Under the pieces are notes generated by a model. It ran no database searches. It saw only the letters and a program-made list of their open reading frames with translations, and was not told the origin of the DNA. Below are positions 9,307 to 18,897 of a stretch of 64,000 nucleotides of DNA, piece after piece (the stretch's first letter is position 1; every line of letters starts with the position of its first letter). The translations under genes and the position numbers were made by a program. The DNA is from a virus. The stretch spans positions 1 to 64,000 of IMG/VR virus record IMGVR_UViG_3300033148_004210; one strand, given 5' to 3'.

Positions 9307-9456
9307 ATGATAAGACGTATTAGAAACTTAAAAGAAATAGAAAAGGGAAAGCAAGAAAAGAAACATCAATCTCTTTTGGAAGATTTAATTATCCTTTTAA
9401 TTAAAAAAGGTATTATTTCAAAAGAAGATTATGAGGAATTAACAAATGGCAGATAG
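9307..9456 (+). CDS. 49-aa protein, XkdX-like (not in ORF track)
   Basis: LLIKKGIISKEDYEELT matches the XkdX-type pattern; SD AAGGA; overlaps the fibre gene start. Confidence 0.45.
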   Translation: MIRRIRNLKEIEKGKQEKKHQSLLEDLIILLIKKGIISKEDYEELTNGR

Positions 9457-12400
9457 GAATACATCGATAAGAAGAAGCCAATTAAAACCTATTATTTGGG
9501 ATGATTTAGATGCTACCAATTCTCCTAGTGATAATTATGTCCCTTCTTATGACGATGCTACAAAAAAATTTACTTGGATTGCAGTTGTAGGAAGCCATGA
9601 TAGACAACACAGTATAGTAGCATCTGCCGACCATTCTGATAAAGCTGATTATATAGACATACCTTATTCTCCTACTATTTTAACTGGTGGAGTTCTTTCT
9701 GAAGGAACAAATCCAGGAACTTTAAAAATAAGTGCTTTAACTGCTTTACTTAGAACAACAGATTCTACTACTGGAGCATTAGCAAAAATAACTTTGACTG
9801 AACAAGATAATCAATCTATAGGTTCTGCTAATACAATATATAAAGTAGTATTAGATTATAATGACGGAAGTCCTCAAATACTTATACAAATAGCTGGTGC
9901 AGACCATAAAAGACAAATAAATATTGGGACTTGTATGAAAGAATTAGATAATACTATTCATATTACTAATGCAGGGTTTAGATTAGCCGAAAGTGCTAAA
10001 AAATCTCATCGTAGAGCTGGTAAACTTAGAAAATGGGAATTGTCTAATGAAATAACAATAACAGATGAAGGCAGTAAACAATTTTCAATATCTTCAGGAG
10101 AACTTTTTAAAGGAATTAATAATTTTATTTGGGCTGGATTTGATTCTTCTGCAACTGGAGAAACTTTTACTTATGTATATTTTGATGGAGATGTTACTGC
10201 TGGAGGAGCTTGGGTATATGTTCCTGACCAAACAGACATAGATGTAGATAATTATAACGATATAGCAATTGGATTAGATTCTTTTACTAAATATAAATGT
10301 GATTGGGTTTTCATTCATCCTGATGATGGACATGTTTATGTAGTTTATGGTCAACAGGACGGAACAATAGGGCAAATATCTGATTCAAGTGTTCCTACGC
10401 TTCCTGATTTAATAGATACTTTTGGAGCATTAGTAGGAAGAATTATAGTAGATGCTGGTGTAGCTACATTTCATAGAATAGAAGTGGTTCAAAATGTAAC
10501 TTTTAGTCCTCAAGTGGTTATAGACCATAATGATAATTCAAATATACAAGGTGGAACTACAGACCAATATTACCATTTAACTTCTGCCGATTATACAGAA
10601 CTTACTCAATGGTTAGATAATGTTACTTTGGGTAGTGATGGCAAATTGACTTTGGTAAGTGGAACAGCTATTAACGAATTTTCTACAGATGGAACTTTAT
10701 CGGACAATTCTGATGATGCAGTGCCAACAGAAAAAGCAGTAAAAACTTATGTTGATAATGCAGTTCCTAATTTGTCTACCAGTGTAGACGATTTTACAAT
10801 TAAATATGAAAACGATAAATTAAAAATCGCAGACCGTATTGAACAAAATATAGCGTTATTAGCTTTTTATAGAGCAATAGACCAATCAGAATCTATTTAT
10901 AATTTAGTGGATGGATTTATAGACGAATTTGAAGACGAAACAGGAGTAGATACTGGAAATTCTACAAATGAAGATTATGATAGTGATAACGATTTATATA
11001 GTCCTTTAACTTTAGCAAATTTAGAATTAGATTATATGGAATATTCTAGTGATGAATTGGTTAGGGCTGATTGGGTATCTTCTGACCCCACATCAGGGAG
11101 TGGCGGTATAGATGCAAATACAAAATTACTTATTCATGGCAATGATGGAGATGCCAGTGGACAAAATCATATACCTACTTATGTAGGAACAGCTAAAATA
11201 GATGCTACTACTTATAAATGGGAAAAAGGTAGTTTATCAGTAGATGGAGATTCCGATTGTCTTACTTTTTCAGACAGTGGTGATTGGGATGTGATAGGTT
11301 CAAATTCAGATAATTGGACTATAGATTTTTGGGTAAAACATACTGACCATGCTGGAAGCGAATATTATATGGCTCATCATGAAGATGGTAGTAATCGATG
11401 GTTTTTCAAACATGGAGATGGCACGGGTTTACTTTTTTATGTTCAAGGCGTTGCGAATTTCAACACAGGTTCTGGTGGAGAAATAACAGATACGGATTGG
11501 CATCATGTTGCAGTTTGTAAAATAGCAGATAAATATGCTTGTTATTTAGATGGAACTCAAGTAAATTATGTTCAAAATAGTGATGTTGATACTTTTGCAG
11601 GAAGTTTATATATAGCACAATCTGGGAGTGGTGATAGTTGGTTTGCTGGTAATATGGACAGTATTAGAATAAATCATAGTAATGTTTTAAATGCAGTAAT
11701 AGATGCTGATGGAAGTTCAGGAACTTGCGACCTTCCTACTTCAGCTTCAACAGCAGATGCAAATACTAAACTTTTACTTAATTTCGAAGACGGAGACCAA
11801 TATGGAGGACATAATGTAGAACCTCAAGGAACAGCTCAAATAGATAGAACTACTAAAAAATGGGGCAATGGTTCTTGGAAATTTGATGGAAACAGTGATT
11901 ATTTAGAATTACCAGATAGTGCAGATTGGGATATAGGTGCTTCAAATTCAGATGATTGGACTATAGATTTATGGGTAAAATGTAGAGTAGCTGATATTTC
12001 TGATGAAGCCCAAGTTATAATGAGCCAAAGAAACGGTGCTGATTATTGGCTTTTTTATAGACATCCTGCCGAAAGTCTTTACTTTTCTACTTCTTGGGGA
12101 GTATCTTCAATAAGTGCGACAGGTCTTCTTGCAGATACTGATTGGCATCATATTGCTTTAATAAAAGTAGCAGATAAATATGCTATCTATTTAGATGGAA
12201 CTCAAATATCTTATACTCAAAATGCTTCAGTTGGCAATATTACTGCTAGTCTATTAATAGGAAAACAAACTGCTGGACAATGGTGGGATGGTCACATGGA
12301 TGAAGTAAGAATACAACATAGTAATATATTTAATGCTTCTCCAAACGATACTCCAAATGATACCATAACAATTCCTACAGGAGAATATGATGTATTAGTA

Positions 12401-13147
12401 GAAGGTTCATTAAATGTATATTCAGAAGGTGGAACAGGTGCTATAGTAAATCAAGGAACTTATTCTTTAAAAGGAATAGCAGAAGCAGTAAACTCTTTAA
12501 ATGAAACTATAACCAAAACTTTAGGAACAGGCGAACATTTAGATTTAACTAATTATGATACTATAAAATTTGACGTATATGCTTCAGAAGTAGGAACTAA
12601 TTTACAATTACAAATACATGATAGTGGAGGCACAACTTCTACTAAAGATATAGTAATAGGAACTGGAGACGAAGATAGTTGGGTAACAGTTACTTGGGAT
12701 ATATCAGGAATTTCAACAGCCAATAAAGATGATATTGATTCTATAATAATAAAAGTAATAGCCAGCGATACTGGAACAAGTGATAACACTTTTTATATCG
12801 ATAATATGTATGCCGAAGGATTAACTCAAAATATGACCCTTATTAGTAATAGCCAAACTGCTGAAGCTGTGCCCTCAGACGGGCGTGTGATTATATTTCA
12901 GGAGGACGTGGATGCAGTTACACTCAATGTGGACATCAAGGCATATTTGAGTAGGGATTCTGGTTCAACTTGGGCAGAAATAACACTCGCAGATGAGGGG
13001 AATTACAGTGGAGCGAAGAGAATTTTGTCAGGATTAGCCGATTTTACAGCGACAGGAATTGGTAGTGGAACAAATATGGAGTATCGTGTCACTACACATA
13101 ATAATAAAGATATGAAAATTCACGGAATTTCCGCGAGTTGGGACTAA
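9446..13147 (+). CDS. Large virion fibre protein with two tandem LamG/concanavalin-A-like domains
   Basis: Duplicated DANTKLL...WTIDxWVK...DTDWHHxA...YLDGTQ...MDxxRI units; INEFSTDGTLSDNSDDAVPTEKAVKTYVD fibre motif. Confidence 0.75.
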   Translation: MADRNTSIRRSQLKPIIWDDLDATNSPSDNYVPSYDDATKKFTWIAVVGSHDRQHSIVASADHSDKADYIDIPYSPTILTGGVLSEGTNPGTLKISALTALLRTTDSTTGALAKITLTEQDNQSIGSANTIYKVVLDYNDGSPQILIQIAGADHKRQINIGTCMKELDNTIHITNAGFRLAESAKKSHRRAGKLRKWELSNEITITDEGSKQFSISSGELFKGINNFIWAGFDSSATGETFTYVYFDGDVTAGGAWVYVPDQTDIDVDNYNDIAIGLDSFTKYKCDWVFIHPDDGHVYVVYGQQDGTIGQISDSSVPTLPDLIDTFGALVGRIIVDAGVATFHRIEVVQNVTFSPQVVIDHNDNSNIQGGTTDQYYHLTSADYTELTQWLDNVTLGSDGKLTLVSGTAINEFSTDGTLSDNSDDAVPTEKAVKTYVDNAVPNLSTSVDDFTIKYENDKLKIADRIEQNIALLAFYRAIDQSESIYNLVDGFIDEFEDETGVDTGNSTNEDYDSDNDLYSPLTLANLELDYMEYSSDELVRADWVSSDPTSGSGGIDANTKLLIHGNDGDASGQNHIPTYVGTAKIDATTYKWEKGSLSVDGDSDCLTFSDSGDWDVIGSNSDNWTIDFWVKHTDHAGSEYYMAHHEDGSNRWFFKHGDGTGLLFYVQGVANFNTGSGGEITDTDWHHVAVCKIADKYACYLDGTQVNYVQNSDVDTFAGSLYIAQSGSGDSWFAGNMDSIRINHSNVLNAVIDADGSSGTCDLPTSASTADANTKLLLNFEDGDQYGGHNVEPQGTAQIDRTTKKWGNGSWKFDGNSDYLELPDSADWDIGASNSDDWTIDLWVKCRVADISDEAQVIMSQRNGADYWLFYRHPAESLYFSTSWGVSSISATGLLADTDWHHIALIKVADKYAIYLDGTQISYTQNASVGNITASLLIGKQTAGQWWDGHMDEVRIQHSNIFNASPNDTPNDTITIPTGEYDVLVEGSLNVYSEGGTGAIVNQGTYSLKGIAEAVNSLNETITKTLGTGEHLDLTNYDTIKFDVYASEVGTNLQLQIHDSGGTTSTKDIVIGTGDEDSWVTVTWDISGISTANKDDIDSIIIKVIASDTGTSDNTFYIDNMYAEGLTQNMTLISNSQTAEAVPSDGRVIIFQEDVDAVTLNVDIKAYLSRDSGSTWAEITLADEGNYSGAKRILSGLADFTATGIGSGTNMEYRVTTHNNKDMKIHGISASWD

Positions 13148-13150
13148 AAT

Positions 13151-13510
13151 ATGGACGAATTATTTAACGAAAAAAGCGAATATATAAGAATTTTTATGGG
13201 GACGGAAAATATCGACGACCCCTACGAGAAGAATGTGACAGAAACTTTAATAAATTCTATTCCAATTAAAGCAATTGTAACTGATGTTTCTCCAGCTTCT
13301 TCTCAATGGAAAATGCCTGGTATTGTTAGCGAAAAGACAAAACAAATTTTAATAAAAAAGAAATATGAAGATATGCTAAAAATGTCGCGAAAAATAGAAA
13401 TAGATAATGAAGACTATTATGGATATAAGACGAATGGTAGATTGAATTATGTTATTGAGGGCGAATACATTCGTGCATATGTGTATATAAAGAAGGAATC
13501 TAATGCTTAA
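13151..13510 (+). CDS. Putative head closure/head-tail joining protein
   Basis: Size, synteny and beta-rich pattern. Confidence 0.45.
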   Translation: MDELFNEKSEYIRIFMGTENIDDPYEKNVTETLINSIPIKAIVTDVSPASSQWKMPGIVSEKTKQILIKKKYEDMLKMSRKIEIDNEDYYGYKTNGRLNYVIEGEYIRAYVYIKKESNA

Positions 13511-14021
13511 AATTACACCCAGGTTCTCTGCAAAAGAGATAATTTCAGATACTATAGAAAAAGACTGGTTTTTTTTCCAAGCGGAAGCTTTTGCTTTAGG
13601 AAGTAAGATGGCTAATTACATGTCTGCCTACATAAATAATAATAGAAAAAGACGTGGTGGCACTGGAAGACTTGCTAAAGCTATGAAATTTCAAGGATTT
13701 ACTGGTGCAGGTTTAGTTTCTTGGGGAATAGGATTTATTCCTTCCTTACCTAAATATTGGTATGTTATAAATTATGGTAAAATGGTAAGTGGCGAACCTT
13801 TTGTTCCGTTTCGAGGAGGTTTTGTGCCAGGAAGTTTTGAAGGAAATAAACCCGATTCTGCATTAAAAGGTGGAGTAGAAAGATTTAATATTGGGGACGG
13901 AAGTAAATTTGGAATGAAACCCAAATCAATTGTGAGACCTATGAATTATATACAAGCAACTAAAGCAAGATTAAATGCTAATTTGACAGCACTTCTGGCA
14001 AGAATAAGGATGGGAAAATAA
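13503..14021 (+). CDS. Putative neck protein (HK97 gp10-like)
   Basis: TGRLAKAM...YWYVINYG...RPMNYI pattern; synteny. Confidence 0.5.
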   Translation: MLKITPRFSAKEIISDTIEKDWFFFQAEAFALGSKMANYMSAYINNNRKRRGGTGRLAKAMKFQGFTGAGLVSWGIGFIPSLPKYWYVINYGKMVSGEPFVPFRGGFVPGSFEGNKPDSALKGGVERFNIGDGSKFGMKPKSIVRPMNYIQATKARLNANLTALLARIRMGK

Positions 14022-14818
14022 TGAGAAATAGAAATAAAATAATTAAATCAACTTTGACTAAATATTTTCTTATAACAAAATATATAAAAAACAAAAAATC
14101 TATTTTACAAATTGCTCATGAACTTGGAAATTGTAATTATGTAACAGTTTATAACTATCTGAAAAACTACAAAATTAAGATTAGACCTTTAAGCGAGAGC
14201 ACTAAAGGGAATAGAAATGGTTTCTTTGGCAAACATCATACTGAAACTCAAAAAGAAAAATGGAGTAAAACTCGTAAAGGAATAAAACTTTCTATAAAAA
14301 CTAGGGAAGCGATGTCTAAAGCTTCAAAAGGAAAAAAGAAATCTTTAGAAACGAAAAAGAAAATGAAAGTAGGGGCATTAAAAAGATGGAAGAATAATTT
14401 TATAGAAAAAAAGAGGTTAAGTAATTGGAATAAATTGAGATGGAGTAATTTAAAATATAAAGAAAAAGTTTTGAAAAAGATGTTTGAAACAAGAAAAATA
14501 AAACCAAACAAACCCGAAAAATTTTTAAATAAATTAATTGGCAAGTTATTCCCAAAAGAATATAAATTTGTTGGAGATGGTAAAATCTGGTTTGACCATT
14601 TCAATCCTGATTTTATAAATATAAATGGTCAAAAGAAAATAATTGAAATGTATGGTGATTATTGGCATAATAGAGAAGAAATGATAGAAAGAGATAATCG
14701 AAGGATTAAAACTTACAAAAAATATGGTTATAAGACCTTAATTATTTGGGACTATGAATTAAAAAATTTAAAAATACTTAAAGAAAAAATAAAGGAGTTT
14801 CACGATGGGTCAATATAG
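14021..14818 (+). CDS. Free-standing Vsr/DUF559-like endonuclease with HTH and NUMOD3 modules
   Basis: PNKPEK...PDF...IIEMYGDYWH...D..R...GYKTLIIWDYEL; GKHHTETQKEKWS. Confidence 0.8.
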   Translation: MRNRNKIIKSTLTKYFLITKYIKNKKSILQIAHELGNCNYVTVYNYLKNYKIKIRPLSESTKGNRNGFFGKHHTETQKEKWSKTRKGIKLSIKTREAMSKASKGKKKSLETKKKMKVGALKRWKNNFIEKKRLSNWNKLRWSNLKYKEKVLKKMFETRKIKPNKPEKFLNKLIGKLFPKEYKFVGDGKIWFDHFNPDFININGQKKIIEMYGDYWHNREEMIERDNRRIKTYKKYGYKTLIIWDYELKNLKILKEKIKEFHDGSI

Positions 14819-15284
14819 AACGAGTAGAGCTATCGAAGCCTCATTAATAGATTTTCTTAAACCACTATTAGAGGCGAATTGGGGTAATATTTCAGTAGAA
14901 AAAACTTTTGCAAAAATTTATGATATTTCCTTGCCTAGCGTATGTATAAGAGTAGGAGATACCTCCCATGCAAAGGCAGAAATCGGCGATGATAGCACTA
15001 TTAGAACAGTCCAAGTTTTTATCGATATTTTTGCTTCGAGTGATGGACAGAGATTAGATATAAAAGATTTTATAGTAGAAAATATAAAAAATGGTGGAAT
15101 TTTTTATGATTATGTTATTTCTGGAGGTTCTGTTCAAAGCAAAACTGCCAATGGTCGTTTGAGAGTTACTAGTATAGAAGACAGTGGTATTAATTTTGAT
15201 ACTGATAAAGAAAAACTTGATAAACATGATAGATATAGGTCACTCATTACTTTAAGTATTAGCTTAGGGAGAATAGAAAGCTAA
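14805..15284 (+). CDS. Putative tail terminator/completion protein
   Basis: LPSVCI...VFIDIFA...RLDIKDFI pattern; position before tail tube. Confidence 0.55.
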   Translation: MGQYRTSRAIEASLIDFLKPLLEANWGNISVEKTFAKIYDISLPSVCIRVGDTSHAKAEIGDDSTIRTVQVFIDIFASSDGQRLDIKDFIVENIKNGGIFYDYVISGGSVQSKTANGRLRVTSIEDSGINFDTDKEKLDKHDRYRSLITLSISLGRIES

Positions 15285-15904
15285 TGTATCCTAAAAAATA
15301 TTATTTAACCAATAAATGTATTGATTGTGGCAAATTAATCCATAGACAAGCTATAAGATGTAGAGATTGTCAAGACCGCCACCGTGCTTTATTAATAAAA
15401 GGAGATAAAAACCCAAATTTTAGGCACGGAGAAACATTAAAAAAACATTATTGTTCCGATTGTGGAAAAGAAATAAGTGACTATAGACGTAAAAGATGTC
15501 AGTCTTGTGCAAATAAATTAATAAATTTAGGAAGAAAACATACTATAAAAGCAAAACAAAACATGAGCAAAGCATTAAAAGGGAAACCGAAATCTAAAAA
15601 ACATATAAAAAATTTGAGTTTAGCTCATGGTGGCACAGGTATCCCTTATGAAAATACTGAATATGGTGCAGAATTTGATAACGAACTAAAAGAGCAAGTT
15701 AGATTTAGAGATAAATATAAATGTCAAATATGTGGCTGTTCCCAATTAGAAAATGGTAAACAGTTAGATTGCCATCATATTGACTATAATAAAAAGCATA
15801 ATATTTTAAATAATTTAGTGGCTTTATGTATAGGTTGCCATAGAAAAACGAATTTTAATAGAAAGTATTGGAAAAATCTTTTCCTTAGTAGAGTGGAGGT
15901 ATAA
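15284..15904 (+). CDS. Free-standing HNH endonuclease with zinc fingers
   Basis: CIDCG/CSDCG fingers, GRKHTIKAKQNMS, LDCHHIDYNKKHNILNNLVALCIGCH. Confidence 0.85.
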   Translation: MYPKKYYLTNKCIDCGKLIHRQAIRCRDCQDRHRALLIKGDKNPNFRHGETLKKHYCSDCGKEISDYRRKRCQSCANKLINLGRKHTIKAKQNMSKALKGKPKSKKHIKNLSLAHGGTGIPYENTEYGAEFDNELKEQVRFRDKYKCQICGCSQLENGKQLDCHHIDYNKKHNILNNLVALCIGCHRKTNFNRKYWKNLFLSRVEV

Positions 15905-15906
15905 TA

Positions 15907-16209
15907 ATGAAAGAATATATGGGATTTATATCAGATTGGAGATTTTGGTTTTTATTAGTAAGTGTTTGTTCATTTTTATTTAGCATAATTAATTTAATGA
16001 TTGGGAGACATGTTGCTAATAAAATAATGGGAAACGATTTAAAACACATCACTGCTGATATTGTTGATTTAAAAAAAGAAAATAAAGAAATTAAAATAGA
16101 TTTGAAAGCAGATTTGGGCAAGATTTTTAAACGATTAGGTCGTATTGATAAAGGTTTAGCTATCAGAAAAGCAATCTGCGACGAAAGACATTCAAAAGAT
16201 AGAAAGTAA
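15907..16209 (+). CDS. Membrane-anchored coiled-coil protein (holin/XhlA-like candidate)
   Basis: One N-terminal hydrophobic helix followed by a coiled coil; SD GGAGGT. Confidence 0.4.
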   Translation: MKEYMGFISDWRFWFLLVSVCSFLFSIINLMIGRHVANKIMGNDLKHITADIVDLKKENKEIKIDLKADLGKIFKRLGRIDKGLAIRKAICDERHSKDRK

Positions 16210-16295
16210 GGAGTATCTAATAGATTAGTAAGTAAGTGTGAAATTTCATAGGAGGAAATTAACACTAAAATAAATACTACATAGGAGGTAGTAAT

Positions 16296-17540
16296 ATGAT
16301 TCATAGTAGTTACTTTAAGCCGAGAATATTTCCGATTAAAGGAGACACAGTTCCTGCGGAAATAGATAGAGCACAATCAATTGACCCTACAGTTTCTCTT
16401 AATAGAGAAAAGGTAGAAGAGATTGGAAGAGATGGTGTAGTTGGTTATCTTTCAAAGAGTCCGACGGTTGGTTATAGATTAACACAGTTAGAATATGGTT
16501 CATTGGAATTTTGGCAGAAGTTAGTTAATAGTGATGTATTGGGAAATGATGGACAAACTGAAATTGACATATCAGATTTCAAAACTCCGTATTTTGATAT
16601 ATGTGCTTATTTAACTGATGATGATGGCACTTTTCAAGGAACGATTTATTATCCTGCATTAAGAGCTTCAGGTTTTTCCTTTAGCGTGGGAGACCCCCAG
16701 GCAAGAATGGAAAGAAGTTTTGATTTTGTTGGAGAATCTGCAAAGATTCTAAAGGGGGCTAATAAATATTTGATTTATGTTAGAGATGATGTAGAAACTG
16801 CTGATTTGGTAACTGGAGACGATGTAGTTGTGGATTTAAGTGCAAGAACACCTGTAGAAGACCCTAATAATTCTGGCGTTTATATGCTTCGAGTTGTTAG
16901 AGTAAGAAGCGGAGTTAGCACTGAATTAGTAGATGGAACAGATTTTAGTTACGATAGTGTAACTGAAGAATTAAGAGTTGAAGTTTGTGTAGTTGGCGAT
17001 GTCATTAAAATTTGGCATATGTCTGCTACAGCACCTGCAACGCAGTTTACTTTAAATGATAATGATGCTTCTGCATTACTTGGAGATTCTGCTTCGATTT
17101 ATTTATATGTTCCTGCAACTGGTAAACCTTCGTCTAGCGATTATATTTATCGATTACAAAGTGTTACTCTTGATGTTAGATTTGATAGAGAAGATGTTAG
17201 AGAAATCGGTAATAAAAATGTTGTTGCTAGAGGAATTAAAAACTCAACAGTTACAGTTACATTAGGTAGAATTCTTGAAGATTTTACAGTTGAAGAAGCA
17301 TTGCATGGCTCTAGTATAGATGTCATAGATGTAGAGAATCTTTCAGATGAATGTGTTTTAATAGTGAAAATTTTTAGTGATAACACTAAAGATACTTTAA
17401 AATACGGATTTATAGCAACTGGATTAACACCTACAGAGCTTCGTGGTGGAGCTTCGGTTAATGAGTATGTTCGCAAGGACAGCACTCTTGAAGGAGAAAG
17501 TTTAAAAATATCTGCTGACACTACAGTGCTTGGTATATAA
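16296..17540 (+). CDS. Major tail (tube) protein
   Basis: 414 aa, acidic, located between terminator and chaperones. Two related segments (RAQSIDPTVSLNREKVEEIG / RLQSVTLDVRFDREDVREIG). SD GGAGGT. Confidence 0.65.
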   Translation: MIHSSYFKPRIFPIKGDTVPAEIDRAQSIDPTVSLNREKVEEIGRDGVVGYLSKSPTVGYRLTQLEYGSLEFWQKLVNSDVLGNDGQTEIDISDFKTPYFDICAYLTDDDGTFQGTIYYPALRASGFSFSVGDPQARMERSFDFVGESAKILKGANKYLIYVRDDVETADLVTGDDVVVDLSARTPVEDPNNSGVYMLRVVRVRSGVSTELVDGTDFSYDSVTEELRVEVCVVGDVIKIWHMSATAPATQFTLNDNDASALLGDSASIYLYVPATGKPSSSDYIYRLQSVTLDVRFDREDVREIGNKNVVARGIKNSTVTVTLGRILEDFTVEEALHGSSIDVIDVENLSDECVLIVKIFSDNTKDTLKYGFIATGLTPTELRGGASVNEYVRKDSTLEGESLKISADTTVLGI

Positions 17541-17547
17541 TTTTTAA

Positions 17548-17614
17548 TTAATGGGAATGGCATTGTTTTTGTGGAAGTAACCCTTCTGTGAAAACCTTGC
17601 CTATCCCTCATTAA
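17548..17614 (+). promoter_or_regulatory. Long imperfect hairpin after the tail tube gene (possible processing or stability stem)
   Basis: TTAATG/CATTAA, GGCA/TGCC, GTTTT/AAAAC and GTGGAAG/CTTCTGT pair in register. Confidence 0.45.
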
Positions 17615-17632
17615 AGTAAGGGAAGTAAGAAA

Positions 17633-17854
17633 ATGGACGAATATAAAATAACTGAAAAATTTTTGGACGATATATTAACAAAGACTTCTAGAACTCTTGT
17701 AGGAATAGTCTGTAAGCGTTTCGAAATCTTAGAAAACAAAGAGGATATTAAGAAGTCTGTCAAAGAACTTATTTATGAAAATGCTCGAAATATTAAAGCG
17801 TTTATAAAATCTTTTAATTGTGGAGTAGAATTCAAAAACAAACCCAAAGAATAG
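17633..17854 (+). CDS. Hypothetical protein
   Basis: ORF track; SD AAGGGA. Confidence 0.55.
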   Translation: MDEYKITEKFLDDILTKTSRTLVGIVCKRFEILENKEDIKKSVKELIYENARNIKAFIKSFNCGVEFKNKPKE

Positions 17855-17884
17855 GTGGAGTTTACCTACTTTGGGATTTTTTAT
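17843..17884 (+). terminator. Rho-independent terminator
   Basis: CCCAAAG-AA-TAGGTGG...TTTACCTA-CTTTGGG stem followed by ATTTTTTATT. Confidence 0.6.
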
Positions 17885-17909
17885 TGTAAGGAAAATAAGG
17901 AGGAAAGAA

Positions 17910-18548
17910 ATGGAAAGTAAGAAAAAGAATGAGAAACATCTATTAGCGAAAGAGGGGATGAAAGCTATATCGGAATTAGAAGAAACAATAAAGATGGAAA
18001 ATGTTATTAAGGATAATAAAATAGTTTTTACTTCTGGCGGTAAGTCTTTTAGAGTAAGAAAACCGACTTTAAGTGAACAACAGGAAATAGACTCTATTCG
18101 TAGAAAAAAATATATGGGATTAGTCAGAGATGACAGTTTTATGTTTAGAAAGCAATGGGTAGAAATTTATAAGAAAAAAGGTATTGATATAAATAAAATG
18201 AGGGATGATATAAATAGAATTCAAGATGACCTTAGAAGTTTATTGTTAAGATTGGCAAAAACAGCAGAACCGAAAGCTGTTAAATTGTTAAAGGACGAAA
18301 TAATTAAGTTAAAAGACAAATCTTATAATTTATCAATTGAAATGACAGATTTGCTTGTTTATTCAATAGAAGACCAACTTACTATTCATGTAAATTCTTA
18401 TACTACTTATGTGGTATTAGAACGAAATGAAGGAGGAAAGTGGACGAAGAATTTTAAATCTTATGAAGATTTTGAGAAATCGGAGAATAATGATTTAATA
18501 GGTAAGGCGTTTTATTTTATAAACAATTTGATGTATGGACAAAAATAA
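17910..18548 (+). CDS. Putative tail assembly chaperone
   Basis: SD AAGGAGG before ATG 17910; FRVRKPTLSEQQEID; lies between tube and tape measure. Confidence 0.5.
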   Translation: MESKKKNEKHLLAKEGMKAISELEETIKMENVIKDNKIVFTSGGKSFRVRKPTLSEQQEIDSIRRKKYMGLVRDDSFMFRKQWVEIYKKKGIDINKMRDDINRIQDDLRSLLLRLAKTAEPKAVKLLKDEIIKLKDKSYNLSIEMTDLLVYSIEDQLTIHVNSYTTYVVLERNEGGKWTKNFKSYEDFEKSENNDLIGKAFYFINNLMYGQK

Positions 18549-18892
18549 TGGATTTTACGATATTAAAAAAATTAGCTAAATCTGATAAATATCAGATTTT
18601 ATACAATAGAGCAAAGGAGATAGGAACTTTAAAGTTATTTTCTAATGATTCTGATTTATCAGGTATTCAACTTTGGTTTTTATATCTTTTGCAAATGTAT
18701 AATATTTTATATCAAGATTTAGCAGAAGATAGAGATTATATAAGCGAAGAAGTTATAGCAGACGATATACGAACGGAAGCTTATTTGTTATTAAGAAAAC
18801 AAATAAAAAATAAAAAGAATAAAATAAATCCAAGTAAGAAAGAAGTAAATACTTCTGGAGAAATTCCAGGGATTATTTTTAGAGGGAAGTAA
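18548..18892 (+). CDS. Putative second tail assembly chaperone segment
   Basis: TAATG coupling; directly upstream of tape measure. Confidence 0.45.
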   Translation: MDFTILKKLAKSDKYQILYNRAKEIGTLKLFSNDSDLSGIQLWFLYLLQMYNILYQDLAEDRDYISEEVIADDIRTEAYLLLRKQIKNKKNKINPSKKEVNTSGEIPGIIFRGK

Positions 18893-18897
18893 AAAAC

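Noticed and set aside
18500-18560. Programmed -1 frameshift between tail chaperones
   Set aside because: No XXXYYYZ heptamer in the shared open stretch; the TAATG overlap explains coupling.
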